Of a stretch of DNA of 53,986 nucleotides, positions 36,066-45,849 are shown piece by piece. The position numbers and the translations under genes are program-made. The notes under the pieces are model-generated. The model saw only the letters and a list, made by a program, of their open reading frames with translations. It was not told the DNA's origin and ran no database searches. Within the stretch, counting starts at the first letter, position 1; each line of letters opens with the position of its first letter. This stretch comes from Acidobacteriota bacterium (GTDB lineage Bacteria > Acidobacteriota > Thermoanaerobaculia > Multivoradales > Multivoraceae): NCBI GenBank assembly GCA_026708285.1, contig JAPOVF010000073.1, positions 16,063-70,048 of the forward strand, in the 5' to 3' direction.

Positions 36066-36227
36066 CGGGCCCGGTTCCGTTCGAGTTCAGCCTACCCGCC
36101 GCCGGCAGGGTGCCTCAAGCGATCGGACGACGTGCGGCATCCGGGCCGGGAGCAGAGTCGTCCGACGCGGCCAAGCCGCGATAGCCTCCCCGCCGCTCAC
36201 CGCTTCAACCAACCCCGGAATCGACTC

Positions 36228-37376
36228 ATGACCAAACTCCCCGCCGACGGCCTGGCCCTCCGTTCCACGATCCGCGCCGATGACGGTGGCGCCGGCACCG
36301 TCGAACTGGCGCTCGTCAGGGTCCCGGTGCCGGAACCCGGTCCGGACCAGGTCGTCATCCGGGTTGAGGCGGCGCCGATCAACCCGTCCGACCTGGGCGT
36401 GCTGTTCGGCCCCGCCGACGTCTCCACGCTCCGCGCGTCGGACGGAGAACACGGCCCCGTGGTAGTCGCCGACCTCCCCAAGGGACTGGCGCGGCTGGTG
36501 GCCGGTCGCCTCGGCCAGTCAATACCGACCGGCAACGAGGGTGCCGGCGTGGTCGTCGCCGCCGGTTCTTCGCCGGCCGCCCAGGCCCTGATCGGCCGCA
36601 CGGTCGCCGTCCTCGGCGGCTCGATGTACGCGGAGTACCGGCTGGCCGAGGCCCGGCAATGCCTGTCGCTACCCGAGGGCACGACGCCCGCGGAGGGCGC
36701 CTCCTGCTTCGTCAATCCTCTGACCGCCCTGGGCATGGTCGAGACGATGCGGCTCGAGGGCCACACGGCCCTGGTCCACACCGCCGCCGCCTCCAACCTC
36801 GGCCAGATGCTCCAGAAGATCTGCAACGCGGACGGCGTGCCGCTGGTCAACGTCGTCCGCCGGCCGGAACACGAGGAACTCCTGCGCGGCATCGGCGCCA
36901 CCCACGTCGTCAACCTGAGTACCGAGACCTTCATGGCCGACCTCGTGACCGCGATCACCGACACCGGCGCGACGCTCGGCTTCGACGCCACCGGCGGCGG
37001 CAAGCTGGCCGGCCAGATCCTCACCGCGATGGAGGCGGCGCTCTCCGCCAACGCCCCCGAGTACAGCCGCTACGGTTCGGCGACCCTCAAGCAGGTCTAC
37101 ATCTACGGCGGCCTCGACCGCAGCCAGACCGTCCTGACCCGCAACTTCGGCATGGCCTGGGGCCTGGGCGGCTGGCTGCTGCCCCACTTCCTGCGCCGCA
37201 TCGGCTATGAGGCCTCGGAACGGCTCCGCCAGCGGGTCGCCGCGGAGATCAGGACGACCTTCGCGTCGAGCTATGCGAAGACGGTCACCCTGCAACAGGC
37301 CCTCGACCCGGCGTCCATCGCGGTCTACGCCAAGCAGGCGACCGGAGAGAAGTTCCTCGTTACGCCGCACGCGTAG
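36228..37376 (+). CDS. MDR superfamily NAD(P)H oxidoreductase
   Basis: AAPINPSD, GNEGAG, FVNPLTA, TAAASNLG; real start at ATG 36228. Confidence 0.88.
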   Translation: MTKLPADGLALRSTIRADDGGAGTVELALVRVPVPEPGPDQVVIRVEAAPINPSDLGVLFGPADVSTLRASDGEHGPVVVADLPKGLARLVAGRLGQSIPTGNEGAGVVVAAGSSPAAQALIGRTVAVLGGSMYAEYRLAEARQCLSLPEGTTPAEGASCFVNPLTALGMVETMRLEGHTALVHTAAASNLGQMLQKICNADGVPLVNVVRRPEHEELLRGIGATHVVNLSTETFMADLVTAITDTGATLGFDATGGGKLAGQILTAMEAALSANAPEYSRYGSATLKQVYIYGGLDRSQTVLTRNFGMAWGLGGWLLPHFLRRIGYEASERLRQRVAAEIRTTFASSYAKTVTLQQALDPASIAVYAKQATGEKFLVTPHA

Positions 37377-37385
37377 CGCGGCGCC

Positions 37386-38318
37386 TCACACCCGCCGGTA
37401 GGCGAGATCCCCCTCCATGTAGGTGAGATAGAAGCGGGCCGGCTCGACGGCCCGGTTCGGATTGCGAAACCAGAGCGGACGCCGGTAGAAGACCGCGCCC
37501 CCCAGCGACTCCGTCGCCCGTACCAGGCCCTCTTCCGTGGCCAGAATGCTCGCCTCGGCGCAGCCTTCGCGGCCGAGCCGGTCCAGGATGGCGGCAAGCG
37601 CCGAGTCCGCCCCCTCCCCAAGGTAGGGCATGTGGACGATTCGGCCGGTGGGTGGATCGTTCGCGCGATTGACGTAGAGCAGGACGGGGCCGAGCGGCTC
37701 CCCCGATCGTTCCAGGGTGAACAGCAGTCCGTCGTGTTCCGGACAGGCCGCCAGCCATGCCAGGTGGTCCGGCTCGGCGAGATTGACCAGCGTGTCTGGA
37801 AGAGCCGCCGGACCGGCCGCGGCGGGATCGAAGTCGACCAGCGCCAGGCTGGTCTGCCTGGTCGCGGCGACGCCTGCCGCCGCGGTGCTCAGACGCACTT
37901 CGAGCGCCTCGCCGGCCTCGCGAAAGCCGCGCATGACCAGCATGGCCTTGGTGGCGGCGGTGCCGCCGAGGACGACCTCGAAGTCCGTGTCGGGCGTTCG
38001 GCCGGCAAGGGGGACGCCGGCTCTGCCCCTCGCGGCGTGTTCAACCATCCACAGCATCCGGTGAGCACCCGTCACCGTTCCGCCATGGACCCGGTAGCGG
38101 CAGTGCAACGACGCCACGTGGCCGACGATTCGGCCATGCCGTTCGGCGACGGAAGACTCGACCTCCGGCCCCGGACCGGGATGAAAGAGAAGCCACCGCA
38201 GAACCTCCGGCTCGCGCCGGACGCCGTAGACGACCTCGGTCAGTTCGGAGAGACGAGGGAGTTCGCTCTCGGTACTCGGGCGCAGCAGGACGTCCCGAAC
38301 CGTACGCACCCGATCCAT
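37386..38318 (-). CDS. GNAT-like hypothetical protein
   Basis: IVGH, WMVEHAARGRAG (motif A-like); last gene of the minus-strand glycan operon. Confidence 0.55.
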   Translation of the reverse strand: MDRVRTVRDVLLRPSTESELPRLSELTEVVYGVRREPEVLRWLLFHPGPGPEVESSVAERHGRIVGHVASLHCRYRVHGGTVTGAHRMLWMVEHAARGRAGVPLAGRTPDTDFEVVLGGTAATKAMLVMRGFREAGEALEVRLSTAAAGVAATRQTSLALVDFDPAAAGPAALPDTLVNLAEPDHLAWLAACPEHDGLLFTLERSGEPLGPVLLYVNRANDPPTGRIVHMPYLGEGADSALAAILDRLGREGCAEASILATEEGLVRATESLGGAVFYRRPLWFRNPNRAVEPARFYLTYMEGDLAYRRV

Positions 38319-38329
38319 CGACCCGAAGG

Positions 38330-39136
38330 CTACTTCGATCCGTCGCGCCCTGCCCGAAACGCCTCGTCCCGCTCCGCCCGCAGGCGCAGCCCCTCCCGGA
38401 AGCGCTCGATGTTCGCCTCGGCGCGTCGCCTGAGCCGGTGGTACTTGAATCCGGCCTCGAGCAACAGCAGCTCGTCCCAGCCGAGACCCTCCTCCGTCCA
38501 GTGGTACTCGTGGGTGAGGAGCTGGATCTGGTCGTACCGGTCGAGCAGCGACGTCACTACGCCCTCGCGCCAGACCTGGGTGCTGTCGGAGAGGTACTTG
38601 ATCCGCTCGAAGTAGAGCGGGTCGTAGGCGTCGACGACGCCGGGAATCCGTAGGGTCCGGCCCGAGCGCATCGGCATGTGGGGGCTTGCGGCCCGGATGC
38701 GCGTGTCGAAGAAGCCCTCGATCAGGTCGATCGCCCGGCTGGCCAGAGCCGCCGGGTCGCCGGACGAACGCTCCAGCAGTCCGAGGTCGTAGTGGAAGCC
38801 GAGGTCGTGGCCGAGGTCGAGAATCGCCTCGACCGCCTCGGCGCCGTCGGCCTCGAACAGGTTGTAGTCGGAACCGATCTGGACGAAGAAGGTCGAGCGC
38901 ACGCCGGCGCCGTGGTCTGCCCGCGCCATGGTCAGCGCGGCGTCGAGACTGAACTCGACGTCGTGCCGCATCAGGACGAAGCGCTCCACTTCGAGCAGCG
39001 CCTCGCCCAGGGGAGCCGCCTCACCGAACGAGAGGGTGCGGTGCGTCGAGGTAATCCGGGCCAGGATCTCGCGGTAGTGATCGAGGGTGAAGTCAAGATC
39101 CGGATCGGCCGGACGCGCGGGTCGTGGTCTGGTCAT
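38330..39136 (-). CDS. Polysaccharide deacetylase-like protein
   Basis: MRHDVE, STFF, LGHDLGFH, YLSDS, QLLTH; ATGA overlap with upstream GT. Confidence 0.7.
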   Translation of the reverse strand: MTRPRPARPADPDLDFTLDHYREILARITSTHRTLSFGEAAPLGEALLEVERFVLMRHDVEFSLDAALTMARADHGAGVRSTFFVQIGSDYNLFEADGAEAVEAILDLGHDLGFHYDLGLLERSSGDPAALASRAIDLIEGFFDTRIRAASPHMPMRSGRTLRIPGVVDAYDPLYFERIKYLSDSTQVWREGVVTSLLDRYDQIQLLTHEYHWTEEGLGWDELLLLEAGFKYHRLRRRAEANIERFREGLRLRAERDEAFRAGRDGSK

Positions 39137-40197
39137 GCCGGCCGCCAGGCGACTTCGTCCCACACGTCGGTCGCCAAATCGCCGAGCGGACGCTCGGCGC
39201 CCCCGTCGATCCAGTCGACCAGGTGGCGGGTCACGTCTGGATAGTCCATGGGAACCGGCTCCGGAGTATCGATCCAGGACTCGATCCGCTCCACCGTCAG
39301 CCGCTCGACGACGGTGCCAAGACCCAGCGCCTTGAGCGCCCGGCCGTTGAGGAATTGCTCCGGATGGCGGCGAATGGGTTGCACGAGGAGACGGCGGCCC
39401 AGGTGGAGCGCCTCACTGGCGAGCGAGAAACCCGCATTCGTGATCACTCCCGCGCAGTCGACCAGATCGGCCACGAAGGCCTTGCGGTCGTAGGGGCGAA
39501 TCGAGACGTTGCCGCGCTCGACCCGCTCGGGCACAGGCCGGTAGGCAACGAACCGCCGCTGCGGCAGTCGCCCCAGAAGATCCACGATGCTCCGTTCGCT
39601 CTCCGCGGGCAGGTAGACGAGGAACCGCTGGCCATCACTACGCGCAGAACCGTCCGCGGCCGCCGCGACGAGGTCGGGACTGATCGTCGGCGGCAGATTC
39701 GCGCCGCCGAATCGATGCCAGTGCAGACCCACGGCGGTCCGAACCGGCGTATAGACCGGAGCGAACAGGCGCAGCATCCAGCGGGCCGGTCCGGTCCGGC
39801 CCGGCAGTCGCAGACGCCGGTGGAATGCGTACAGGTGACCGACGCCGATGCTCGGCCGTCGGCATCTACGCGCAATCCACGCGGAAACCGGCTCGTAGTC
39901 CGTCAGCACAAGATCGAAGCCGGACGCATCGAAGCTGCGCACGTCTCGCAGGAAGCGAACCACGCGCAACTGGCGAAGCGTCTGGAACAGCCGCACTCGT
40001 CCGCCTGCGGCCTGGCCGGTGAACCCCTCGAGCAGTGTGTGGCTGGCCCGGATCTCGGGGTCGGCAAACGCTGCCGAAGATCGACCGGTCAGCAGGCAGT
40101 GAACATCGTGGCCGCGACTCCGCAGCCCCGCCACCATCGCCGCCGACCGCACCAGATGGCCGTGACCCGTGCCCTGAACCCCGTACAGAATCCTCAT
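39133..40197 (-). CDS. MJ1255/VC2487-type GT-B glycosyltransferase
   Basis: MRILYGVQGTGHGH, TDYEP, NAGFSLASEAL, EQFLN. Confidence 0.88.
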   Translation of the reverse strand: MRILYGVQGTGHGHLVRSAAMVAGLRSRGHDVHCLLTGRSSAAFADPEIRASHTLLEGFTGQAAGGRVRLFQTLRQLRVVRFLRDVRSFDASGFDLVLTDYEPVSAWIARRCRRPSIGVGHLYAFHRRLRLPGRTGPARWMLRLFAPVYTPVRTAVGLHWHRFGGANLPPTISPDLVAAAADGSARSDGQRFLVYLPAESERSIVDLLGRLPQRRFVAYRPVPERVERGNVSIRPYDRKAFVADLVDCAGVITNAGFSLASEALHLGRRLLVQPIRRHPEQFLNGRALKALGLGTVVERLTVERIESWIDTPEPVPMDYPDVTRHLVDWIDGGAERPLGDLATDVWDEVAWRPA

Positions 40198-40391
40198 GCC
40201 GGGGACGCGGACGGTCTTGTTCCGGGCCAGAGCACGCGGGCGGAAGGTAGCACCCGCGCCGTCGAAGCCGCAACAACAAGCCGCCTCACCGCTCGCTGTT
40301 AGAGTCGACTTCCTCGATTCCTCACGGAATCTTCCCGGTCGCACCCGAGAACGCGGTCTGATCCCCGCACAGTGCAACAGGGGGTGAAATC

Positions 40392-41708
40392 ACGCGCGTT
40401 CTCATAGCAGGCATCGACGGCTACCTCGGCTGGCCGTTGGCGCAGTACCTGACTGCCCGCGGCCACGAGGTTTCCGGCATCGATGCCGGCTTCCGTCGCG
40501 AGTGGGTCGCCGAGATGGGCGGCCGCTCCGCTCTCCCGGTCGCGTCCGTCGAGGAGCGGCTCGACGCCTTCGAGTCCGCCTACGACCGGTGTCCGCACCT
40601 GGTTCAGGGCGACCTGACCGAAAAGGACGTGGTGTACCGGCTGTTCGAAGACGTCCGGCCGGAGGCGATCGTCCACTTGGGCGAATGCCCCTCGGCGCCT
40701 TACTCGATGATGGATGCGGATCACGCGATCTGGGTGCAGCGCAACAACATCGAGGGGACGATGAACGTGCTCTACGCGATGCGCGACCTGGCGCCGAAGG
40801 CACACCTGGTCAAGCTCGGCACGATGGGCGAGTACGGCACGCCGAACCTGGACATCCCCGAGGGATTCTTCGAGATCGAGTACCGCGGCCGCCACGACCG
40901 CCTGCCCTTCCCCCGCCAGGCCGGCTCCTGGTACCACTGGAGCAAGGTCCACGACAGCAACAACGTGATGTTCGCGTGCCGCATCTTCGGGCTCAGGGCC
41001 ACCGACGTGATGCAGGGCGTCGTCTACGGCACCCGCTTCTTCGGTAGCGCCGCCGACCACCCCACCGACCCCGCGCTCCACACCCGGCTCGACTTCGACC
41101 AGGCCTTCGGCACCGCCCTCAACCGCTTCTGCTGCCAGTCGGTCATCGGCGAACCGCTGACCCTGTTCGGGCTCGGCAACCAACGTCGCGGCTTCCTGCC
41201 GATCTGTGACTCGATGCAGTGCCTGACCCTGGCGGTCGACAACCCGCCCGAAGCTGGCGACTACCGCGTGTTCAATCAGTTCGAGGAGACCTACACGATC
41301 TCGGAGCTCGCGGCCAAGGTCGCCGCGGTTGCTTCCGGGATGGGTCTCGATCCGCGAATCCGGCGCATCGAGAACCCACGCAAGGAAATGGAAGAGCACC
41401 ACTACAACCCGGACCACGATCACCTGCCGGCCCTGGGCTACCAGCCGACCCGGGACATGGACTCGGAACTCCGGGCGATGCTCGAGGACCTCCTGCCGCA
41501 CCACGACCGGATCGCGGCGAAGCGGGACGTGCTGCTTCCCGATATCCGCTGGGACGGCAGCCGGCGGAGATCCGCCTTTCTGGACAAGGCAGCCAGCCTC
41601 GACGCCGGCAACGGCGCCGGGACAGGATCAGCGGCCGAGACGGCGAACCACGACCAGCCGGGCCAGGTCGAACCGATGGTCGATCCGGTACTCGCACGGG
41701 CTCGGTAG
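40392..41708 (+). CDS. sqdB: UDP-sulfoquinovose synthase (probable ACG start)
   Basis: RVLIAGIDGYLGWP, PSAPYSM, HLVKLGTMGEYGTP, GSWYHWSKVHDS, FGTALNRF, RVFNQF, NPRKE..EHHY. Confidence 0.92.
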   Translation, partial: TRVLIAGIDGYLGWPLAQYLTARGHEVSGIDAGFRREWVAEMGGRSALPVASVEERLDAFESAYDRCPHLVQGDLTEKDVVYRLFEDVRPEAIVHLGECPSAPYSMMDADHAIWVQRNNIEGTMNVLYAMRDLAPKAHLVKLGTMGEYGTPNLDIPEGFFEIEYRGRHDRLPFPRQAGSWYHWSKVHDSNNVMFACRIFGLRATDVMQGVVYGTRFFGSAADHPTDPALHTRLDFDQAFGTALNRFCCQSVIGEPLTLFGLGNQRRGFLPICDSMQCLTLAVDNPPEAGDYRVFNQFEETYTISELAAKVAAVASGMGLDPRIRRIENPRKEMEEHHYNPDHDHLPALGYQPTRDMDSELRAMLEDLLPHHDRIAAKRDVLLPDIRWDGSRRRSAFLDKAASLDAGNGAGTGSAAETANHDQPGQVEPMVDPVLARAR

Positions 41709-42431
41709 CCCGCCTGGGCCACAAACGCCGGCGTTGACGCCCGTCACGTTCGGAGCCTCGTCGACCGTCTCGCCGAAGTCCATGCGCATCGCTTCGAAAC
41801 GGAGCGTCCAGGCGTCGCCGAACGGCATCTCGAGGCCGGCGCCGGCGACCCAGCCGACCCGCGTCGATCGGCCGGCGAAGGAATCGTCCCGATCCACGGC
41901 CATGCGCCCGTCCGGGCCCAGGTCGAGGTCCGTGAACGAAGCGGAGATCCCGGCCACCGCCACACCGCCACTGAGGAAGGCGGCCGCGCGTCCGAGGGAC
42001 CGCCGCGCCCCGACCCGCGCCATCGCCGCCCACCGCAACTCCGAGGCCGCTGTTTCGTCCAGCCCCACTGGATCCACCTGGCGGGCCGCCCCCGGCAAGC
42101 CGCCGACGAAGCCGTCCAGCTCGACGCGGATCGCCGTGCGTCGCGGCACGAACTCCCAACCCGCGACCACGCCGACCGGGTATGCGGCGTCGTCGTAGTC
42201 GAAGGTCCGGCCCGGGGGGCTGTCCGCCGCCGTGAAGCCGTCCTCGTCGAGGAGCCGGACGTCCAGAGCACCCCAGCCGGCGAACACACCGACATAGGCG
42301 CCCGACCCGCCGCCTGCCGCGCCGCGATCCTGGGCCGTCGCGGAGCCCGCGCCGGCGACAGCCAGGAAGAACGCCAGAGCCGCAGCGACCGCCAGCGACG
42401 CGCGGCCGCCCGACGCCGTGCCGTTTCTCAT
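41628..42431 (-). CDS. Outer-membrane beta-barrel protein (Omp25/31-like)
   Basis: Signal peptide; GAYVG..AGW, GWVAGAGLE, WTLRFE; alternating beta pattern. Confidence 0.75.
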   Translation of the reverse strand: MRNGTASGGRASLAVAAALAFFLAVAGAGSATAQDRGAAGGGSGAYVGVFAGWGALDVRLLDEDGFTAADSPPGRTFDYDDAAYPVGVVAGWEFVPRRTAIRVELDGFVGGLPGAARQVDPVGLDETAASELRWAAMARVGARRSLGRAAAFLSGGVAVAGISASFTDLDLGPDGRMAVDRDDSFAGRSTRVGWVAGAGLEMPFGDAWTLRFEAMRMDFGETVDEAPNVTGVNAGVCGPGGLPSPCEYRIDHRFDLARLVVVRRLGR

Positions 42432-42433
42432 CG

Positions 42434-43198
42434 TCAGTCGACGAGTCGAATACGGGTGCCGCAGATGTGGATCACGCCGTCGACGCCCAGGCAGCCCCGC
42501 TCGCTCGCGGCGGAACGGGCGCGGTCCGCGTCGACCGCGCGCAGATCGATGCCGCCGAGCCCCTCGGGCCGGCCGTCGGTCGGCAGCACGAAGCGCAGGT
42601 CGGCGTTCTCGAAGGGAATCGTCGGCACGCCGTCGACATCGCGCAGCGGGATCTCCGCGATCTCGCTCCAGCGGGCCGCGAGCCGGTCCGGGTCCGGGGT
42701 CTGAATCTCACCCGCCACGATCGCGTCAACGACGTCGGTCCGCCTGCAACGCTGCCAGTTCTCCCCCGCCGGTTCCCACGGCCCGTCCGGTTCCAGGCCG
42801 TTCGTCTGGCAGTCGATCTCGAAGAACGTCCCGCCGGTGTCCTTGGGATGGAGCTGCATGTTCTGGAAGCCGTGGCGCTCGAACTCGTTGACCAGGCGAA
42901 TCCCCAACTCCGCGACCCGGCGCCGGCGAGGGGCGTGATCGTCGCACTGGGTGATGAACATGTAGCCGCCGTCGCCGCCGCGCTTCTCCAGGTAGCGGCC
43001 GCCCGCGGTGTTCTCCTCGATCGGCGCCACGACCTCGAGCAACTGGTTGCCGATCGGCAGCAGGGCGTTCTCGAGCCCGAACCGGACGATGCCGGGATCG
43101 TTGAAGCAGACCTCGATGTCAAAAGCCGCCTCCAGGTCGTCGACGACCGGGGCGAGTTTCTCGGCCACCAGACAGATCTGCCGCAGGCGCAACCACAT
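42434..43198 (-). CDS. VOC/glyoxalase-like family protein
   Basis: LRLRQICLVA, FGLEN, LEVVAP, GGDGGYM, QLHPKD. Confidence 0.85.
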   Translation of the reverse strand: MWLRLRQICLVAEKLAPVVDDLEAAFDIEVCFNDPGIVRFGLENALLPIGNQLLEVVAPIEENTAGGRYLEKRGGDGGYMFITQCDDHAPRRRRVAELGIRLVNEFERHGFQNMQLHPKDTGGTFFEIDCQTNGLEPDGPWEPAGENWQRCRRTDVVDAIVAGEIQTPDPDRLAARWSEIAEIPLRDVDGVPTIPFENADLRFVLPTDGRPEGLGGIDLRAVDADRARSAASERGCLGVDGVIHICGTRIRLVD

Positions 43199-43223
43199 GA
43201 CGAGTCTCCTTGTGGAACGGGTT

Positions 43224-44417
43224 CTACGACTCCGGCCAGGAACCCCGACCTTCGAGCAGGAAGGTCAGGTGCGGGTGGTACAGCGCCGGTTCCAGCAGGA
43301 AGGAGTCGTGACCCTTGTCGGAGTGGACGATGATCCTCATGCAACTCACGCCGGCCTCCTCCAGCGTCGCCATCAGGTCGCCCTGCTCCTCGGGGTAGTA
43401 ACAGACGTCGGAGTTGATCGAGAAGATGAGGAAGCGCTGGTCCCTGCAGCACTCGAAGGCTTCCCGCAGAGACCCGGCGCCAGCGGCCGCGACCAGATCG
43501 AACTGGCTCCAGGCGTCGAGAATCCGAAGGTAGGAGTTGGCGTCGAACCGGGCCGCGAACTTCCGGCCCTGATGCCGCATGTAGGACTCGATCGGGTGGT
43601 TCACACCGTACCAGGGCACACCCGACGCCTCGGCAACCATGTTCCGCGCCCGCCGCCGCAAGGTGCGCAGCGAGACGAACGTCTTGTGGTTGATCTGGCG
43701 GGCGATCTTCATCCCCTCGAGTTCCGTACCCGGCGGGTAGTTGCCGCCCTCGAACCGCGGATCGTTGGCGATCGCCTGAATCTGCTCGAAGTTGTGGATC
43801 CGCTGGAGCGGCGTCACCTCCATGCCGGCGGCGACCACGACGACATTGCGCACCCGCTCCGGGAACATGACCGCGAGGTCGAGCACCGCCATGCCCCCGG
43901 TCGAAGGTCCGATCCCGGCGTGCAACACGTCGATTCCCAGCCGGTCGACCAGGCGCATCGCCGCCCGCACCGAGTCGGAGAAACGCACCCGGGGAAAGGA
44001 CGGGCCCCAACGCTCGCCCGTGGCCGGGTCGATCGACAGCGGGCCGGTCGAGCCGTAGCAGCCACCGATGTAGTTGAAGCAGATGACGCAGAAGTGGTCC
44101 GTGTCGATCGCCCGCCCCGGTCCGATGAACTCGTGCCACCAGCCGACCACCATCTCATCGGTCCAGGCGTTGCCGAGGCCCGGCACGCCGTGGTTCGTAC
44201 CCGCTGCGTGGTGGCTACCCGTCAGGGCGTGGAACAGGAGCACGACGTTGTCGCGCTCGGCATTCAGTTCGCCGTACTGTTCCCAGGCCAGGGTGAACCC
44301 GGACAGCGTGTCGCCGCACCGGAGTTCGAGCGGTTCGTCGAAGTGCTCGAACCGGGTCTCGACGACGCCGATGCCGCCGCTGGCATCCGTCGGCTGCAGG
44401 TTGCGGATCGACTCCAT
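43224..44417 (-). CDS. metX: Homoserine O-acyltransferase
   Basis: HALTG, IGPGRAIDT, GSTGP, GPSTGG nucleophile, RFDANSY, GHDSFL. Confidence 0.9.
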   Translation of the reverse strand: MESIRNLQPTDASGGIGVVETRFEHFDEPLELRCGDTLSGFTLAWEQYGELNAERDNVVLLFHALTGSHHAAGTNHGVPGLGNAWTDEMVVGWWHEFIGPGRAIDTDHFCVICFNYIGGCYGSTGPLSIDPATGERWGPSFPRVRFSDSVRAAMRLVDRLGIDVLHAGIGPSTGGMAVLDLAVMFPERVRNVVVVAAGMEVTPLQRIHNFEQIQAIANDPRFEGGNYPPGTELEGMKIARQINHKTFVSLRTLRRRARNMVAEASGVPWYGVNHPIESYMRHQGRKFAARFDANSYLRILDAWSQFDLVAAAGAGSLREAFECCRDQRFLIFSINSDVCYYPEEQGDLMATLEEAGVSCMRIIVHSDKGHDSFLLEPALYHPHLTFLLEGRGSWPES

Positions 44418-44471
44418 GCGCCGACACTATCCCCACCCGACCGCCAGCGTAAGAGCCGGTGAGCCAGACGG

Positions 44472-45803
44472 TTACGGCGGTGACACCAGACTTCGCGGCG
44501 CCAGCGCCCAGTAGCGGCCCCGGTGCGCCATGCGCCCGGCAATCGCGCGGGCCCGTTCGCCGGCGCCCCAGAAGACGTCGCCGCGCACCGCGCCCCGGAT
44601 CGCACCGCCGACGTCCTGGGCCACCAGCAGCCACTGGCGGCGCTCGTCGGAAGCGTCGGCGGCCGCGGCCGGGATCATCGCATCGAGCCAGACGGGAACG
44701 CCGAGCGGAATGTGCTGACGGTCGACCGCCAGGGAACGCTCCGCGGTCAGGGCGACGCCCTGGGCGCCGACCGGACCCTCGCCGCGGATCTCGCGAAAGA
44801 AGACATAGGAGTCGTTCGTCGTCATGACCTCGCCGGCGCGGTCGGGATGCTCCCGCAGCCAGGCGTCGATCGACTGCAGCGACACTTCTTCCAGCGTCAA
44901 CTCACCCCAGTCGACCAGGGTGCGGCCGATCGCATGGTACGGGTGGCCGTTCTGTGCCGCGTAGCCGACCCGGAAGCTGGAGCCGTCGTCGAGTGCGATC
45001 CTCCCTGAACCCTGGATGTGGAGGAAGAAGGCGTCGATCGCGTCGTCGACCCAGACCAGCTCGAGTCCGCGGCCGACGAGCGAACCGGCCGTGATCGCCT
45101 CGCGGTCGTCGTAGGGCTCCAGGCTTCGCCCCTGGACCCTCCCGGCCACGCGGCGTCCCCGCAGATCATCCCGGAACCGCCCCAGGTCGACCGAGATGAG
45201 GTCCGGGGGCTGCATGTAGAGCGGCACCCTGTAGCGCGCGCTGCGACGGCGGCTGCCGTGCAGCAGAGGCTCGAAGTAGCCGGTGAAGAGGCCGATCCGG
45301 CGCGACCAACCAGAGCCTTCGCCCGGCCGGCCGCCGGCCGCGTCCACGTCGGCTCGGGAAAGCGGCACAGCGACCACCTCGCGCTCGATGACCGCGCGGA
45401 CCTCCTGCTCGCCGGCCGCATCGCCCAAGCCGCGCAGTGCGCCGCAGAAGGCCCGCCAGTCGGCAGGCGTGCCGCCCAGCTCGACCGGCTGGTGCGGCCG
45501 GTCCGCAGGCTGCACCAGCAGTCGATCGCAACTCCTGAGCAAGGCCGGCAAGGCCTCCGACACATCGTCATCGGCCCAGCCCGGCAGCGAAGCGACCTCG
45601 ACCGGCGGCCCGTAGACGGCGATCGCCTCCGCATCGGGCGGTGACGGTGCCTCGGCTCCCCCAGGCGCCCCCAGCCATCCCGCGATCCGTTCCGGTCCGA
45701 TCGCCACGACGGTCGCCACCAGCGCCCAACCCAAGGCGACGAGCAGGGCGATCCGCATCCCCCGTCCGCGAGAGCCTCCAGCCTGTTCCGACGTCGGCGC
45801 CAT
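44472..45803 (-). CDS. mltA: Lytic murein transglycosylase A
   Basis: FTGYFEP, FFLHIQGSG, NGHPY, SYVFF, SLAVD, AQDVGGAIRG..RGDVFWG. Confidence 0.93.
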   Translation of the reverse strand: MAPTSEQAGGSRGRGMRIALLVALGWALVATVVAIGPERIAGWLGAPGGAEAPSPPDAEAIAVYGPPVEVASLPGWADDDVSEALPALLRSCDRLLVQPADRPHQPVELGGTPADWRAFCGALRGLGDAAGEQEVRAVIEREVVAVPLSRADVDAAGGRPGEGSGWSRRIGLFTGYFEPLLHGSRRRSARYRVPLYMQPPDLISVDLGRFRDDLRGRRVAGRVQGRSLEPYDDREAITAGSLVGRGLELVWVDDAIDAFFLHIQGSGRIALDDGSSFRVGYAAQNGHPYHAIGRTLVDWGELTLEEVSLQSIDAWLREHPDRAGEVMTTNDSYVFFREIRGEGPVGAQGVALTAERSLAVDRQHIPLGVPVWLDAMIPAAAADASDERRQWLLVAQDVGGAIRGAVRGDVFWGAGERARAIAGRMAHRGRYWALAPRSLVSPP

Positions 45804-45849
45804 GGAGCGGAGACGCTAGCAGCAGCCAGTGGCGGGTACGCTCTCGGCG

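Noticed and set aside
43224-44417. MetX as a serine O-acyltransferase because of GPSTGG
   Set aside because: It keeps the HALTG loop typical of homoserine-specific enzymes
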